Below, piece by piece: positions 62,022 through 64,000 of a stretch of 64,000 bases of DNA. This stretch comes from Cetorhinus maximus (taxonomy: Eukaryota). Within the stretch, counting starts at the first letter, position 1. Every line of letters starts with the position of its first letter. The position numbers and the translations under genes are program-made. The DNA is taken from contig NC_135903.1 of NCBI RefSeq assembly GCF_964194155.1, positions 28,520,001-28,584,000 of the forward strand, read 5' to 3'. The notes under the pieces were generated by a model that saw only the letters and a list, made by a program, of their open reading frames with translations, had not been told where the DNA came from and searched no databases.

Positions 62022-62869
62022 ATGTCCTTTTTTTAAAAAACACATGTCTCAATTTAAAAGTTCAATATGCCTGTAAGTAATTTGGGGCTATGACCCACTG
62101 TCATGACAAATAGTAGAGGCAAAAATACTAGGGTCATTAAAAATGCAACTCCATGTTATAAAAGCAGAGTCACTGAGTTAATTAAATGAGCTTCATTGAA
62201 CTGTCAGGTCTTTCATCCTTAAGTTTTCATGTCCTGGCAATCAGTTTTGGAGCATGTGTGACAGAAAGATAGCAGAACGTCTCCCTATCCTTAAACCTGT
62301 GACAAAGGGAGACTTTAGGCTGGGGCCAGGGTACGGGAGCTGTAGGTGAGGTGGCTGGGGATACACATCTTTTAAAGGTCTCAAATGTTAGTTGCAATTT
62401 ATTTTAAAACATATACTGCTTGTGAGGGATGCAGATTTATGTTGTCTTTTTATGTAAATGAAGTAGAATAGGTGGAGATTCTGAAACATGAGCCTAGATA
62501 CAGTATTGCCCCCGTGCCCAGACAAAACAGTAGCAACAATTTTGTTCATGAACGAATTGAAGTCAACTGGGAGCTTGCATAAACTCAGTACAATCCACTG
62601 TGATAACAGGAAAGCACATTAATAAAATTCTCCAAAAACTGTAATTTGGCAGTTAATCAATTAGCTCACTAACACTCTGGGTTCGAACTTGTCAGTGGGC
62701 ACCTCAAACTTGCACTAACGGACCTTGAAATATTGTTCAAGGTTGTTCACAGGAGCATTAATGACCAAAATTTGAAGTGCCTTGGGGCATTTTCCTCCGT
62801 GAAGTGAGCTATATAAACACAGGTTGCTGCTCTTATGTGCTTCCAGGAAAATCTATTCACTGGCTGACT

Positions 62870-63240
62870 CTTTGAGGTTGGTTCCATAGGCACTGCTGCC
62901 TTTCAGTACCTATCCAAGTGGACAGTTTTCATTTGCAAACTTAAGATTTTGAATTGTTGAGCTATTGAAGAGCTGAGGGCATCACAATCCAATCTGATCT
63001 TGATCTTGCTCTCAATTGAAGTCCAAATCCTCCTATTTCCATTGGGAGTCACTGGGTAACAATCTCAAGCAGTAGACTGAGGTGATTCTTCCATCTCCAC
63101 CATGCCCCTATCCAAGGAGACAGACCAATCGTAGCAGACCTATAGTTGCCCGGGCTGATCTCAGCTAGCTCAGCACAGACTGGGGCTACATGTATCAACT
63201 GCTAAATATTCTCAAGCAGCTGAAGCAATGGGCAAGCAGG
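62870..63240 (-). mobile_element. Ancient tRNA-derived SINE
   Basis: gctgatctcagctagctcagcacagactgggg and body similar to 21640-21810 and 32980-33150. Confidence 0.4.
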
Positions 63241-63313
63241 GAGCATTTTTCTTCCACTTTTCAGGAGAGAGCATGAGGCCAAATTTTCATCCTCATGATG
63301 GGCACTAGCGACT

Positions 63314-63990
63314 GGGGTTGTCAACCTTCCCAGATTGTCCTGATCTTTCCTGAAAGAAAGACTTGCATTTAGTTAGTGCTTTTTTTCACAACGACTGGAT
63401 GTTTGGAAATACTATACAGTCAATCAAATAGATTTTTGAAGTCTGGCCAGTGTTTCAATGCAGGAAACACAGCAGCCAACTTTGTACACAGCAAACTCCC
63501 ACAAGCAGTAATGAGATTCAAACCAGTTGATCTGTTTTTGTGATGTTGATGGAACAATATTGGCCAGGACACTGGGGATAACTCCCCTTCTCTTCTTTAT
63601 ATTAGTCCACCAGAGCAGGAAGATGAGACATTTATTTAATGCATAATCCAAATAGCATCATCTCTAACAGTGCAGCACATCCTCCGTACTGCACTCTATG
63701 ACAGCTTTGTTTTTTGGTGTTGAAGTCCTGAAGTTAAAGATTAATCTTCCAGGCACACTCCTGCAAGCAATCTGCGGTTGGGGGCACATTCGGGGCATTT
63801 TCTCCTCTTTGTTTTAATGAACAGCAGGGCTGAAACATGTTCAGGATGCATTGTGGCCCTGGCACATGGAGTACTAAGTGACATGATAGAGTGGTTTCTA
63901 GAGTGTGAAGGATTATGGGAATTGTAGCTGACATCTCCAGCAACCGATTGGAATGTGGGGACGTGGCGCCTGGACACGGGTGGCCACATA
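63314..63990. mobile_element. hAT-like MITE (AGGGTTGCCAACC-type ends) interrupted by a SINE
   Basis: ggggttgtcaaccttcccagattgtcctg at 63314 is the reverse complement of ends at ~870-892 and ~11245-11272; body resumes at 63733; right boundary uncertain. Confidence 0.45.
63355..63725 (-). mobile_element. Deu-domain SINE, 5'-truncated
   Basis: Reverse complement of 52104-52515; flanked by tcctgaa at 63348-63354 and 63726-63732. Confidence 0.75.
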
Positions 63991-64000
63991 CTGGGATCTC

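Overview
Eukaryotic, AT-rich, transposon-saturated DNA with no recognisable host protein-coding gene, rRNA, true tRNA gene or CRISPR array. The repeat mix suggests an intron or intergenic region of a shark (elasmobranch) genome; this is inferred from repeat content only. It comprises many CR1 LINE fragments, L2 and RTE fragments, Deu-domain and other tRNA-derived SINEs, Penelope-like elements and Harbinger-type elements. Main structures: a full-length but decayed Ty3/Gypsy provirus (35273-39871); a 5'-truncated Penelope-like element with a GIY-YIG endonuclease (41123-42319) plus two fold-back Penelope tail insertions whose inversion axis sits at a hammerhead-ribozyme-like motif; a ~5 kb Harbinger-like element with a decayed spliced Myb/SANT gene, a solo LTR and two minisatellites (25022-29973); a CR1 with a twin-priming-type 5' inversion; and an old ~31-bp-period degenerate array (18.2-21.6 kb). 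I found no convincing novel gene system. All family calls are by recognised motifs, not database searches, and boundaries of old repeats are approximate.
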